Positions 1-14,278 of a DNA stretch of 64,000 bases are shown one piece after another. The notes under the pieces were generated by a model. It had not been told where the DNA came from. It made no database searches and saw only the letters and a program-made list of their open reading frames with translations. Source of the DNA: a virus (lineage: Duplodnaviria; Heunggongvirae; Uroviricota; Caudoviricetes); IMG/VR virus record IMGVR_UViG_3300037453_000152; one strand, given 5' to 3'. Both the position numbers and the translations under genes were made by a program. The stretch's first letter is position 1. Every line of letters starts with the position of its first letter.

Positions 1-1801
1 TTACGCCATTAATTGAAATGGCCTATTTAGCAATAGACGGTTTCATTGATTTTACTCCATCAATATCAGAGCTACCTGTGGCGGCAGCTATATAAACTTT
101 GCTTCCAGAACCGGTAATCGTTGGAGTTATAGTTGATGCAGTAGAAATATCTTCGGCGTTTGCTGCTACAACACCATTGGTGCCACCCGCAGTTGCTTTA
201 CCCTTAACACTGCCATCTGTGCCTGTTCCGGTAACAGTAACATAATAAGAAGTTGCTGAATTACTGGTAACCATGCCTGTTGCAGCCGCTGAAACAGCAA
301 CGCTTGGCGCGTTTAAATCAACAACAGAACCAGTAATAGTATTTGATGCTACTGGAATATAATAGGTTGAACCAGTTTTTTCTGTAGTCGCGGCCGACGC
401 GGTAATCTAAGAATCTGACCCAATATAACCCGCTGTCCCAACAGTCTTTGTAATATCAAGCGTTGTCGCAGGGGCAGTTGCTTTTGCGGCAACATAAAAT
501 CCAGTAGATGGTGCAGATGTTGAAGCCACTGCACTACTAACATTTCTTTCCCCTCCTGTTGCTCTCGCAATCGTTGGAGAAGTAGCCTATTTGCTAGCAG
601 TAACTGATACCGCAGCTTCGGTCATGTCGGCCGTTGCCGCTGCAGCATAGTAGCCTGCGGCCGCAGTTGCTGTCTTACCATTAAAAGTAATTCCGGTTCC
701 GGTGGCTACAGAAGCGGTTAATGTAACTGTTGCATTGCCTGCGGTGCCACTAGAAATATAACCAGCAGTAGTAACATTAGGAGTTACAGAAATTGTTTTA
801 GTTAAAGTTAAAGTATTCGTTCCAGTAGAAACGGTTGCGGAAGAACCGCTTATTGAACTTGGAGAAGTTACAGAACCGTTTGGAACTGCGCTAATCGTAT
901 AATAACCACCAGTTGCATTATACCCAGGCGGAATATTAATATATCGTGTAGAAGTGCTGCGCCCGATGGTCGCCTTAGAGGTATAACCTGAAGTTGCGCT
1001 AGAAGCAGTAGAAGTTGGTAAGGTAATTGTTGGAATATTACCAGTAATAACTCCACCATCTTTATCGTAAGCGACATAGCCAGAAAGCATTTCGCTAGAA
1101 GATGCAACATAAGGATATAGAGTTGTATTCCAATCTGGGACTAATTTTGCTAAACTAATTTTTACATTTCCAGTATAACCAGAATTTATATATAAATAAT
1201 CTCCAGAAACAAGCATTGGAGCGGTACTAGAAATATCTGTATATGAAGTGCCATTAGTGCCGGTATTAGCAAAAGTGGCTAAACCAGTATTACCAACCTC
1301 TGTTCCAGCCGGCAAATAACCAGCCGTTCCAATAGTGGTAACACCATTAGAAGTTGAGAATGTTGCTTTTGGAATGTATATTGTCTATCCAGTAGTGTCC
1401 GCTGTAACAGATACAGTCTGCGCCGAGCCGGCCGCAGTTGATGAGATCCAACCGGCAGTAGTAACTGAGTAAGATGGAGTATAACTACCTGCGGTAGTAG
1501 TGGCTGTTGCTTGAATACCCCAGTAATCTGTGCCTGCGGTTTTACCTGTAGTATTTGTGATTGTATTAATACTATTTAAATTTGTTAATACTGCGGTGGC
1601 GGAGCCCGCCGACGCGGTTCCTCCAATACTTCCGCTAACGGTGGGGATAAATATGTTAAGTTCCATATTTCTATCTAATAGTTTTCCAGCCGTAGCAAAA
1701 GTTTTTGAAATAGGATTGCTACTTTTATCAGCAATATAATTTATTTGCCATTTTTCACTTCCGGTCGTTTCAACTTTTTGAATTGTAATATCGTTTGGCA
1801 T
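1..1801 (-). CDS. Ser/Thr/Ala/Gly-rich tail fibre-like protein, about 600 aa, 3' end runs off the window (code 15)
   Basis: ORF fragments 1385-1801, 587-1315 and 23-274 are in one frame and separated only by TAG. Repeated (V/T)TTAG(W/Y)IS-type motifs. ATG follows GGAGG. Confidence 0.7.
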
Positions 1802-1812
1802 ATTATCCCTCC

Positions 1813-4095
1813 TTACGCAATAGTTTCACCGTTATAAATTGGGATATTAACATTATCGCTTCCATCAAAAACATAAGAACCGATTGTAATTGAATGATTT
1901 ACCTTATCTGCTGTTGCAGCATTACCAGATAATGTAGCTTTTATTGTAGCTGGTAATTTTAAAACAACGTCTGCAGAACCATCAGCACTAACAGTGGAAC
2001 TAGTATTTGTAGCATCACTATCAGAAATACTAATATTGCGAGAAGTGCCCCATTTTGCAGTAGTAATATTTGCTGTACCATCAAAATTAGTACCGTTAAT
2101 TTGACGAGCGGTGTATAACTAATCAGCTCTAGCATTCTCTGAGTGTGTACATTCTGCATCTGCTGTAATTTCATCTGTTATTAATGTATAGTCAATCTAT
2201 GATATTGAGTTTCGTGAAATGTTATCTAATGGAGTGATTTCATAAAAAACATTATTGGCTGCATTTCCTGCAAAATATACATCAATATAAAATTTAGAAG
2301 TGTCATAATGAACCGCTCGAAGTTTAGTAATCCATCCAACAAAACTAGATCTACCAATCTATGAAATTGATGTATTATTATAAGAGTGCGATACTAAAAA
2401 TGTTACAGGTGATGGTTTTTTATTAGTATATAAACCATAAAAAGTAATTAAAAAAGAACTACTGTATCTTGTGCAATCTAAAATACGATACCAGCCTTCA
2501 GCGCTTAAACTTTTTGTTCCAACAAGTCTAGTCTTATAAACATCATCTACAACTTTAATTTTATTTAAATCTGTTTCTCTTTGAATTGACTCTGGTGCAG
2601 TTACACTTGCGCTAACTGCACAATTAATTCTAGGACTACTATACTAATTACAAAAAATATTAAAAGTTGTATATCGTGCTTTTCTAGTAATTTTAAAATA
2701 AATATAATTTTGATTATCTGATTCGCGCACAATTAACATTGAAATACCTTTAATAGCAGAATTAGAATCATTAATATCTGTATATGCACCAGAAATAACA
2801 CTATTAGTAATTGGGCTATCTCCACTTGTAGTTACATATCTATAATAAAAACTAACAGGAATAATATAAGTTGATAAAGTTGATAACTAGCTACTTGGTG
2901 CATAATCACCCATTCTTAAAGTTCCTAAAATATTTTTATAAATATCTGTCGATGAAGAAGAAGGAATTTGTATATTTGTTTTTACATAAATATATTGAGT
3001 GACATCTGGATCACTAGATGTATAATAATAAATTTCTTTTGTCTATAAAGAATCTGTTGACTATAATATTCCATTGCTATCTAAATAAACTGGTTCTGTG
3101 GTTGAACCAGCACCGGCTAGTGGTCCAGTAGCAAGCCAACCATCAGCATCTGGTAAAGTATGAAATCTATAGTCAGTACTCTAGTTAGGCGTAATATACG
3201 CTACACCACCACTATTAGAAGTTTTATCATAAAGAGCAATTCTACCATAACGATTATTCTAATCACCGAGTACTAATGTTTCTGCTCCTTTACCCGTGTC
3301 TTCTGTTAAACTAAAATGAGCATATAGCGCTGGAGAAATCTCATTTTCTCCAGAATAATAAGCGATTGGTTTATTCTATCCACTGGATTTAGCATTAATA
3401 ACATAATTTGTATAAGCATTAGAACCAAGACCCTCAATATTTGTCTAAGCAATAGTCCAATCGCCTGCTATAACAGTAGAACCAGTTGAAGGGCCGTCAT
3501 TAACAGCAATAATTAAATCTCCAATTTCGCAATATGTTCCATCTACATAGGAACCTGAAGTAACAACTCTATATGTCCAACCAGCAGAATATCCATTTGT
3601 AGGCAAACTAGCAATAGATGCATTTCTTGGTGAAGATGTATTACCAATAGTGCCTTTAAATACCATTGCATCATTTGCGGCAAAACCAGAAGAAATAGCA
3701 TTAGAAACAAATTCTGTAGTAGCTAATTTTGTGCTTGAGTCTCCAGCCATTGGAGTTAGTGCAGTTGGACTTTGAACAAAATTAGCTGCGCCAGTCACCG
3801 TAAGAGTGCCAATAGTTGCATTGTCAATCGTGGATTGATTATGCAAACTTGTATTACCAACAACATTTAAGGTTCCAGCAATATTAAAATTATCTGCTCT
3901 ATCAGCCTTATCAGCATTTAGCGCAATTCTATTAGTGCCAACAACGGCATTTGTAGTTCCATCGCCGCTAATATCAATATAAAATTTACCTTCATCTGTA
4001 GTAAAATAAGCAAAACCTTCAGTGGCTTTTTGAGTTGGAGTACCATTTTTTCCAAGGTCGCTAGAATTACCTTTAAAGATTTTAAATAAAGCCAT
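1813..4095 (-). CDS. Tail fibre / receptor-binding protein, 760 aa (code 15)
   Basis: Reads through TAG at 3445 to TAA at 1813. Carries a MVFKGTIG..LPT..GWTY..GDLIIA domain and fibre motifs TARQINGTNFDG and TLSGNAATA. Confidence 0.7.
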
Positions 4096-4135
4096 ATCAT
4101 TACTCCTTTCTTAAAAAAAATATATATAAAACAAA

Positions 4136-4173
4136 AAAGGCGTAATAGTACAATAAGATACTATTACGCCTTT
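4136..4173 (-). terminator. 15-bp hairpin upstream of the 4095 gene
   Basis: AAAGGCGTAATAGTA / TACTATTACGCCTTT inverted repeat, followed by a T-rich tract on the minus strand. Confidence 0.5.
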
Positions 4174-4305
4174 ATAAAAATCAAAATATAAATTATAATG
4201 AAATGGTATCTTACCTCTTTCAATAGAAATTGAAAAAGGTAATAAAATTCTTAAATAGGTTTGACCAAAAAATAAAAGGCGGAGAAATTAATCTCCGCCT
4301 TATTA

Positions 4306-4920
4306 TTAAACATCAATCCAATAGATTGTTGAATTCTCAATCATCTAATTAAACTAATCTACAAGTTCAAAATACCTCTCTGGGAGGCTCAAAGCCTCAT
4401 CTTCTTTCTTAAAGGCATCTTGCGACAAGGTCTTTAAGACTTGACTTTCCGCCACGAGAGTGCTTAAACTATAAGAGAACTCAACACCATCTGGATCATA
4501 AAGATTATCTTCATTGTAAATAGAATCAGAATCAATTAAATAAAATCTTACAAAAAATTTAATAGTTCCAGGTTGTCTAGTTGCCGAACTAGAAATACTC
4601 CAAGGAATTAACATTTTATCGGTAAAGGTTGTTGTATCACAGAATGGAACAGCATAAACAAAACTTCCAGTAGGTGTTACATATTGAACAACACAATTTG
4701 TTTGCGCGAGGTCCATATTATCATAATATCTATCCACTAAGAAATAAACTGTTTCTGCTTTGTGTTCACTTTGAATACTTAGAGTCTCTGGAGCCTAAAT
4801 TTCACGACTATTTAAATCAATTTCATAAATCTATTTATTGCTAGGAACTACTATGGCATCTATTCCAGAAGATGCCATAGTAGCGTTACTAATTTCATAT
4901 AATAAACTCTTATAATTCAT
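4306..4920 (-). CDS. BppU-N-like baseplate protein, 204 aa (code 15)
   Basis: ATG 4920 to TAA 4306 with several TAGs. YFLVDRYYDNMDL and GTIKFFVRFY are paralogous to the N-terminus of the 7610 gene. Confidence 0.6.
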
Positions 4921-4943
4921 AAAAGAGACCCCCTTATGAAAGA

Positions 4944-7610
4944 TTAAGAGACATGGAAGAAGATACTAGCATTAGCATTAATATGATTATTTAATTCGTT
5001 AATAACGATACAATAGTAATATCCAGGTTCATCGTCTGCGCTTAATGGATACTTTGGTCCATTATCAGCAGTTTCGTCAGTTACAACTTCTCCAATAGCT
5101 GGGATAGTGGCAATATACTTGCGGGCTGCCGCAAGGGAGTCGCCCTCAACAAAGAAGTCGGCAGGACCAGCGGGATTGCCGATGACGTCTTTTAGCCCTT
5201 CAATCATATCGTCCAAGTCAATCTGTAATTTAACAATTCCAGCGTCTTCCCAGTCGGATTGTTCGCTAGCATTAATGCGCATCCATAAGTAAGAGAGATT
5301 ATCATACTTCAAATCTGGGTCAATAGACACAGCCAGAACGGGCATTGAAGCGCCGGCCGCAGTTGGCTTAGTAATAATCAAGGAATTGTTCTCAGATTGA
5401 TAATCTCTTGGAACAAATTCAAACTTATTCTGCTATCTATTATATTCTTTATAAAGAATAACAGGTTTCTTTGGAGAATTTGTAACGCGATACAGGCCAG
5501 AAGGTTGAGTTGTTGGAACTTTATTTCTTGTTGCTGTAACGTCAACATAATAAGTTTCATCAAGATTCTACGTGGCTAATCCACTAATAACTAAACTATT
5601 TTTATAGTTCTCAGCATCTTCTGTAATTGCATAAGTTGCAGACTATGGCATTGAATAAGATAAACCAAATGTGATTGATAAATCGTTACCAAGATCGATT
5701 GTTCTACCGTTCACAATTTGCTCTGCCTTTGCCCAGAAGATAGTATGCCCAGCGCCTAAGCCCACAGAGGCAGCTTCGTTTACATCAGACTATGTAATAC
5801 TATCTCCGTCCCAAGTTAACTGAGTAATATCATCTGTGCCAGTATCAATATCAATAGCAATCCAGCCATATACATCATCTTGCTAATTCTCATTGGTTGA
5901 TAAATACTTTTCAAGCTCGCCTGTTACATAGATAGTGGCCTAATCGCCGACCTATTGTAATACAACGCTATTCTGGTTATTATCTGCTGCATCATATACT
6001 CCACTAAAGTCTTCACCTTCTGGTAAATGACCGTGACCAGCGGTTCCTAAAACATATGCCTTTACTTGATTTTCTGGAACGGCATCTGCGCTAACTATTG
6101 GAGCATTAGTTCCAACAACGTGTCTCCAAACGTAATCAATATCAACAACTGCATTAGTGTCCGTTTCGCCTGGGCGAGCATTAGCAACTAATTCAGCAAC
6201 GCCATCATCGGCAATAATATGAGCAACATTATCTGCAGAAGAAACATTTTCACCCTCATTAAAACTAATAATTGGCTTTAATGGACCAGGAATTTTAATA
6301 CCGTCTTCTTGAGCCATAGTCTTTTTAACAGTGTTCACAAGAATCTTAGCAGAAGTATCAACAGTATAGATACCAACACTATCAACAACAGCGACACCAA
6401 ATTTACGATATACTTGTACATAGTTTGCAGTTGAATCGTTCTTTAAGAATCCAAAATCTTCAACATAAATATAGGCATTTCCACTTGGAGCAGCTAATTC
6501 AGTGCTCAAGGAAACAAGAGTATAAACATCTTGTCCATCAACAGTAGTCTTAGTGTAATACTGAGAAGCGGAGTCGGTAGGAATGTCTTCTGTGACTTCT
6601 ACATACTCAATTCTTACTTGTGGATAATTAGGAGTGTTATTTGTTAAAGAATTAGAATTTGGTAAGTAGTCTCCACTTGCATCATCGTAAGCAAATTTTC
6701 TCCAGTCATAACTTACAACACCAGCCGAAGTAGGTTTAGCTTCAATTCTTAATTCAACACCAGAATTATCTGATGGCAAATCAACAACGCGGTCATTCTC
6801 TCTTCCAACAGCATACAATCCACGCGTAATAGTTGGTTCTTCTGGAATGCCAAGAGAAGCATCATAAATTCCAGAATTTTTAATACGATTTAACAGCTTC
6901 TATCCATTATCAATTTCTTTGACACTATTATTCAGCAGATTATAATTTAAAGTGTCATTAATTGTAACCTCAGAAGGAAGTGTGGCAAAGCTATAAGTGA
7001 AAATATTATTGTTGTTATCATCTTGACCAATGGTATAAAAACGAACAGCAAATTTAATTTTTCCGCCAGTTTGAGTTAATTCACTTGAAATTGGCCAGCC
7101 AAAAATAATTTTTCCGGGGATGGTTTCAATATCTTTACCGAAATTTCTTGAAATACCAATAATAGTCTACTTATTAGCATTCTTTGCTTCCCACTAAATG
7201 GCAATATTAACATCATCATTGGCGAGATCCATAGAATCAAAGAATCTATCAATTTCAAAATATACAACCTCTGCCATTTCATCGCCGCAAACACCCAAGC
7301 CATAACGGCTAAAAGAAGAAGGTACTGTGATTGCACGAGAATCAGCATTAATTTTGAAAGTATCTTCATCTAATGGAAGTCTTACAAAGAAAGCAGCTTT
7401 ATCTTCGTCTGGCATAGCGGCATTCTTAATATCTTCTAAATAAGCAAAATATTCATTGAGTGAGCCAATAGCAAAATCGTCCCAGGTCATTTCATACTGC
7501 GCTAAAGTGCTATCTAAACCAGATGGCTTAACTTCTTTTAATAACTCTGCAGCCTTACCAAATAAAATCTGATATTTTTCAGCATTTTGTTTACTAATAC
7601 GAGTAATCAT
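4944..7610 (-). CDS. BppU-like upper baseplate protein with C-terminal accessory domains, 888 aa (code 15)
   Basis: Fragments 7194-7610, 5952-6818 and 4944-5381 are in one frame. YFEIDRFFDSMDL..IIFGWPIS..GKIKFAVRFY motif. Ends in TAA. Confidence 0.62.
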
Positions 7611-7719
7611 TTCAGCTTGTCATCCTTTCTTTATTATTTTTTAGAGAGGGGATAATATATCCCCTCTCTAAAAGAATTAAAAATTTTGTATAACTAAATA
7701 ATTATTTTTGGCCTTAAAA

Positions 7720-7917
7720 TTAAACCTCATACCATTCATTTTCCTCTTCTTCTGGAACAGTAACAGAAATTACAAATTTTTCTCCGTCCTTAGTAAGCTA
7801 TTTGCCCTCATCGGCAAATAAGAATATTTTTCTTACATAATATATATCTTCTAAATGAATAGGAGACAAAATAGTTCCATTAGTTCCAAGATATTGATAT
7901 AAAACTTGTCTTTTCAT
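7720..7917 (-). CDS. Small hypothetical virion-module protein, 65 aa (code 15)
   Basis: SD GAAAGGAG, ATG 7917, one internal TAG, TAA 7720 (MKRQVLYQYLGTNG...EWYEV). Confidence 0.6.
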
Positions 7918-7942
7918 TAATTACTAATCTCCTTTCATAGAA

Positions 7943-10900
7943 TTAAATAGGATAAACATTGACACCGTTCCATCCATAGCTAGCGTCATACGGATTCAGC
8001 CAATCATTTATATTAACGTTCTGTTGCAAATAATTATTATATTTATTTTGAGAAATAAAGAAATCAATTTCTGCTATTGGAGGTGGACTATTGGTATTAA
8101 AACGAATTGGTTTAACATCTCTATATTGTAATTCAGATGGAGAATCAATTGTTCCAATTACAATTTTAGTTAACTAATTACAACTATTTAAGAAACTAAT
8201 AGCGTCCTAACCCATTTCTACAACATGTGATACATATAAAGCAGTACAATCAGAACTTATACCATTATTAAAAGCATCTTTTCCTATACGATATAAGTTA
8301 GCCCCACCAAGAACATATTCAGTAGAACTCTTTGAGCTTCCTTGCGGGATTAACTTTAAAGATTCGCAGTTATAGAAAGCTGTGTTTGAAATAACTCTAA
8401 GACTACTTGGTATTTCAAAATACTTTAAGGTATTAAGATCTGCGCAAGCAGAAGAGTCAACCATCCTTATTATGCTACCTTCTTCAAAGAAGATTCCTGT
8501 AATTCCGCGTTGACCAGAAAATCCTGACATCTTAATTACCGGCTTATTATTATACATTGCTGGAATTGTGATTTTTCCTGTCAATTGTTTATAATTAGCT
8601 GGAGATACAGAATATCCACTATCTACATCGAATGAGCCATCAATTCCATCTTCATAATTTGCGCTAACAAATTTAAAGTTACTATAATTTACATTTATAC
8701 TATCTTTTACGCTAGATTCTCCACTAAACACAGCATAATAAATATAATTATTATTTACAATATTTGCTTCTGTAAAGTTATATGGAACAACAGCATTTGG
8801 TGAAGTTGAATACCCCAAGAATGCATAGGTCTTATAAACATCAAGATCGCTGTCATCTTTATTTGGACTGTCATCTGGAATAATATCTAAAATACTTGTA
8901 TTATAGTTATATTCGCCTGTCTTAAAAACTTCTCCATTTCCATCAATAAAAGTGATTGTATATTTTCTTATGTTAGAGCTAAAATCTGGAATTAACAGAA
9001 TATTTGCATTTAGCTAAGTATTATACAGTGGCGAATCTCCACTAATAGAAGATGTTGTATTTGTATCAAGATTTTTCATTGTCCAAGAGTGATTAAATGT
9101 CCAAGTTTGAGATTCTGTATCTGCCTTAGAAGTAATTTCATTCATCTTATCAAACAACGAACCATAAGGTCCATCAGATAAGAATGTATTATCAATGACA
9201 TAATTTCCTTTTGTCTTTCTCTTCCAAATGACCTAACCACTACTATTTTCAATAGAAACTTCGTAAAGTTTAGCATTGCTTCCAGTAAATATAATATCTA
9301 AATTTGGGAAACTATAAGTTGGATCAACGGAATATTTGTTATAAATGTCTAAAGAATTATTTCCATTGTAAGCGTTTCCAGTAATAGTTAATGTTCCTGA
9401 TAAAGCTCTTAAGTTCTAAACAGAGCGTAAAGTATCTAAAATAGGAATATTATAACTTTCACCGTCAATAATATCAAGTTCTTCACTGTCATCAATTATC
9501 CATTGTACATCTTGTAGATTATAACCTATCCATTTTTCTAGCTTAACAGTATTAACTAAATCTTTACTATTTACACCAGTACTATTATCAATATTGTTTA
9601 AATTTAATACTGCTAAATGATCATTTCCAATAGTAAACGTATTAATATCAGATAGGTTATTAAGAGTTAGAATTTGAGGATTATTTAACCTCATTTCTTC
9701 AACAGGAGCATTATCTGCTATAATTATGATAGGGAATCCACTGCCCTAAACGTTTAGATATTTAAGATTTGTTGCTGTTGTTAAATCCAACTCATTTGTT
9801 ATATTTGGACAGTCAATCAGCTTTAATCTTTCTAACATTCTATTGTTAACAAAAGTAGCTCTAATTAAATTTAGATTAGATGAACTCATTTCTAACTCAT
9901 AATAATTTTGTATTTCAGAAATATCTGGCTATTCAACTTGTTCATATCCATCAAACTTAAAATATGTTGTTCCTTCTGGCGAGAAGTTATATCCACTTTC
10001 AGAAGCATTAACATAAGTTCCGTTAACAAGAAGAATATAGTATTGATCAAATTCTTCTTCAATTGGAGTTTGAACGATTACATATTTTCCTCTATAATAC
10101 GTTTTTCCATTGTCTAAAGTAGTATCAGAAGTTTTAATATAGTAAGAGCTTTCACCGATGCTATCCATTGAAAATTCTCTCAATCTATATGCTGCGCTAA
10201 CATCAAGCGTCTTTGGCTTCAAATATTCAACATTTTTTAAAGAAGTAATATAAGAAGCTAAGAATAAATATGTTGTCATATCGTTTGCATCGCCTGTAAC
10301 AGGAAGTTGAACATTATATGTTTGTCCGCGACGTGCGCGAATGCGCACATTCGGCACTTGACCTGAGCCGGCCGCAATTCTAATATAACTGTCCGCATAC
10401 ATTGTCATCGGGAATACTTGTTGTGCAATATTAGAGCCATTAGCACGAATATCAATCATAGAACTACTTGCTTCAGAGCCAAAATATTCAGATGCCATAT
10501 AATTCTATTGATAAATCTCATATTGCTTTCTTTGATGGGTCTTTTTTCCTCCGGCTAATCTATTTAAATAATTGTCTGTACCGTAAATTTCGTAAGGACG
10601 AAGATACTTTCTATAATAATCTTCAATCCAAACTCTTTCTGGTAAGCAAGATTGCCAAGCATTAAACTTATCAAGATATGGTTGAGCTTTCCATGCACCA
10701 TGAACAGAGGTTTCATCTCTCTCTGTCATAACGTTATCTAAGTATTTATACATTGTTGTTCTGGCGTCCAGTAATCCTTCTATAAAATGAAGCCAAACAG
10801 AACTACTAGCATTAAATACCATATTATCGTTACGAGAATCATCATGATTAATATGATCTAATACTTCATAACCATAAGTAAGCGTTAAGAATCCTGAATT

Positions 10901-13900
10901 ATCAGTTCCATCAGAAGTATCATTATCATAATCTTTAATCATTGACCAGTGCTATAAATCTTCTGTATGCCAGAAGGTGTTCTTAGCAACGTTATCAATA
11001 AGGGTATGGCGCTCAATGAATAAGTAGTGGAATACCATTTCATCCATGATAAGATGGTCTTCGCACTCGTTTAGCATCTTTGCCATGCGGCGTTGATATG
11101 TATCTTTTGTATAATCTCCGGCATATTGAATAATGGTTGTGCCCTTAAGCACTTGTAACTCCGGAGAATAACCGGAAACCGAAGATGTATATCCTTTAAA
11201 AGTATAAGCATCATAATGTTCCGGTTCACTTAAATCTTCACCAGTAGCTGCAGCAGGATTATTTTCTGCGAACCAACCAACCAAATCAAGCCATGCCTAA
11301 TCTGCCTGTGCTTTCATAGAACTCTTTGGAGCGTTGCGCCATTCAAACATTGTTAATTCTTCTACTTGCCCTTGGTTGTTTACTGTTGGAACGATAAATT
11401 CATCATCTTTTATAACAATATCGTCCAAACCACCAGTCATTTGCTGCTAGACAGATTGGTTATCTGAAACCTCCATAATAACATCATAAAGATTGTCTGG
11501 ATCTGTAAAAGCGGCTTTATTCTTTTTAGAATTACCCATATTGCAAATAGAATACATTTTATAATATGGATTTGCAACATATCCAGGAATTTCCTTAAAT
11601 ACATTATTTTTTACTGCCGTGGTGCCAGTTTCATTAGTGGTCTAATTGAAATCTTTAATAAATACAACGCCCATTTCAGGGAACTCCATTGTATTTCTTG
11701 GCATATATGGATTAGAAGTGTCAGCCGCGCACTTAGCGTGGTATTCTGTTACATAAGGAACATAGCGATCATACCACTCTTGGTTTAGTGCATTATTTGC
11801 TCCTTCACAAGATGCAACATTAACTTTTGTATTAAAGTAATTAAATGGCATTGATTTTTCTGTCATAGACCATTTATCAATATGCTCTCCTGCTGGGTTC
11901 TTACTATAATCTGTAAAACCATCAACAAATTCAGAATCAAAGTTAAACGCAGCAATACCATAAGCTGCAGAAGATGTTCCTTGAACCGACATTGTAACAT
12001 TCTCTGCTGTTTGAAGCGGAGTGGTGCTACCATGATAACGTCTATAAGTGCATCCTTTAACCTTATCATCCTTTTTATGAGTTGTCATGTGATCTATTTC
12101 ATAAAGATAAACATCACAGTTAGGATTCTTTTCAATCAATTTACTATAAGAAATTTCTCCATTATCATCTAAGATATTATTTCTATTGTATCTAGAAACA
12201 ATCTCCATTGCGTTAGGCGCATCCATAATGAAGTTATTTAAGTGTTGTTCATTTGTTAAGTGATTTTGATAAACTTTAATCATATATAATTGAACGTCAC
12301 ATTCATCAGAACCAATAACAATTTCTGCTGGATTAGACTGCTGGAAAATAGAACCATTACTATAAGTAGAAACGGTAGATGGAATTCCATCCATCCAAGT
12401 CATTAAATAGGCCTGTCCACCGTTTCCATAAGGCCACAAGTCAATTTCTAATTCAATATAAGAATCTTCACAATATGGCATTGTAATGGAAGGACCAGCA
12501 GCTTTATAAACGCCCTCATTTGCTTTTAATTGGAAATAAATTGGATCTGTTTCGCTATTTCCAATGTTTAAAATATTAGCGTCATATGAGCGGCATTCTG
12601 TAGCTTTAAAAATAACTTTAATAGTAAATCCGTTTGCTAAAAATGCAGAATTTTGTTTAGCAAAAGGTTTATAATTGAAACTTAATCTGTTTCCAGCCTT
12701 AACACAAATGTAATTACGAGAATTTCCAGCTTCATCTAATTCAGTTTGTAAACCGCCATTTACCCAGTCAAAATTATTAGAAAAAGTTGGAACAATAGAA
12801 TTATATGTCCAATTCTATAAAGCATTGTTACTTGTAACATCACTTGCTTTAAACTTGAATTCATAACCTGGGACTTCCTCAATATTTAAACTAAGATCAT
12901 GAACCTCCAAACGAATAGCGGCCTCACTTGTTCCACTTGTGATTCTTAATGTTTTAGTTCCAGAAGTAATAGGAGTGTAATTCCAATGATATTGGGCACC
13001 ATTTAAATAGTCAACCCATCTATCTTTTTCTATACCATCTTCATACAAAATTGCGGAAACTAAATTATTATTGCTAGCAGGATTATAGAAAATCAACGGA
13101 ATTGACAAAGTATCATATTGATTCATTTCTGTAGGAATATCCCCTACACTAATAATAGTATCTATATATCCTTCATCGACACAAATCATTTTATGGGTTA
13201 CTGCGGCCGAGGTAAATGTAATACCGCCAATTTCTGTTGTAGCATACATTTTCACCACATGGCTACCATGATTTAAGCCTACGTCTGAACGTGAGACTGT
13301 GTAAGTCTTATCTCTTATTGTACCAGCAGAATAATCGCGAGTTACCGCGTCAAGATATCCATCTATATCAATATGGATTCTGTGGGCCAAGGCTGTAGAA
13401 ATAGTCCATCTAAAAGTAATATCGTCGTCTGAATTAATAGTAGTTTCATCGTAATTCCAAGAAATAGCAAGATTAGTTGAAATAATTGTCCATGTTTTAG
13501 ACTATGTGATATTGCTGCTTCCACCAATATCACCGCTAACTACAAGACGAATTGTATTAGTTCCAATTTCAAGGTAATTACTTACATCTAAATAATTTTC
13601 ACCTTGCTATATCTAAGAGACTTCTTTTAAAAGACCTCCAACATAGACAGATGCGGTTCCTTGACCGGTCGGTTCTCCGGCCGCGTCTACAGCGGAGAAA
13701 CTAAAATGAATATCACATTTATTACCTTGTAAAGTATTAATGGTTGAATCTCCAAGTCTTGTAAGTGTCATATATCCAACATTACTAACTCCACCACCGC
13801 CGCCAGAACCACCGCCGCCGGCAACAGTCAGTCTATGACATTTAATACTTGGAAGATCGTTACTGTTTTCTTCAATTTCAGTTATTCTGTAGAAGCATCC

Positions 13901-14197
13901 GTCAGGAGTATTAAAAATCAAGTCGTCTATATTTGGAAGATTATATTCATCTTCAGTATTTCCTTCAAGTTCAGTAACTTTAAAAATGAATTCCACCTAT
14001 GATTCATCTGGTGTTTCACCATATTCCATTGTTCCATACCAGACGCCAGTGTTGCCACCCATTGGTAGAAAGTCTTCTCCATTACCATAATATATTTTTC
14101 TTGTATCAATAGCAAAGAAAACATATCCTTTAGTGGGAATCTGTGATAGAATATTTTTCTCGGTGCCTCTTACCACCTTGAAAATTTCATCATTCAT
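7943..14197 (-). CDS. Giant multidomain virion protein, 2,084 aa: ConA/LamG-like, CotH-kinase-like and LRR/BspA-like regions (code 15)
   Basis: Nine ORF fragments in one frame are joined by TAG, and the gaps translate openly by hand. Motifs QGTSS, LIDNVAKNTFW, KDYDNDT and AFYNCESLK. TAA at 7943. Confidence 0.7.
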
Positions 14198-14278
14198 ATA
14201 TAGGCTATCTCCTTTCTATCTAAAATTTTACCAGAGAGGAAATTTAAAATTCCCTCTCTGGTAAATATTAATTATTTA

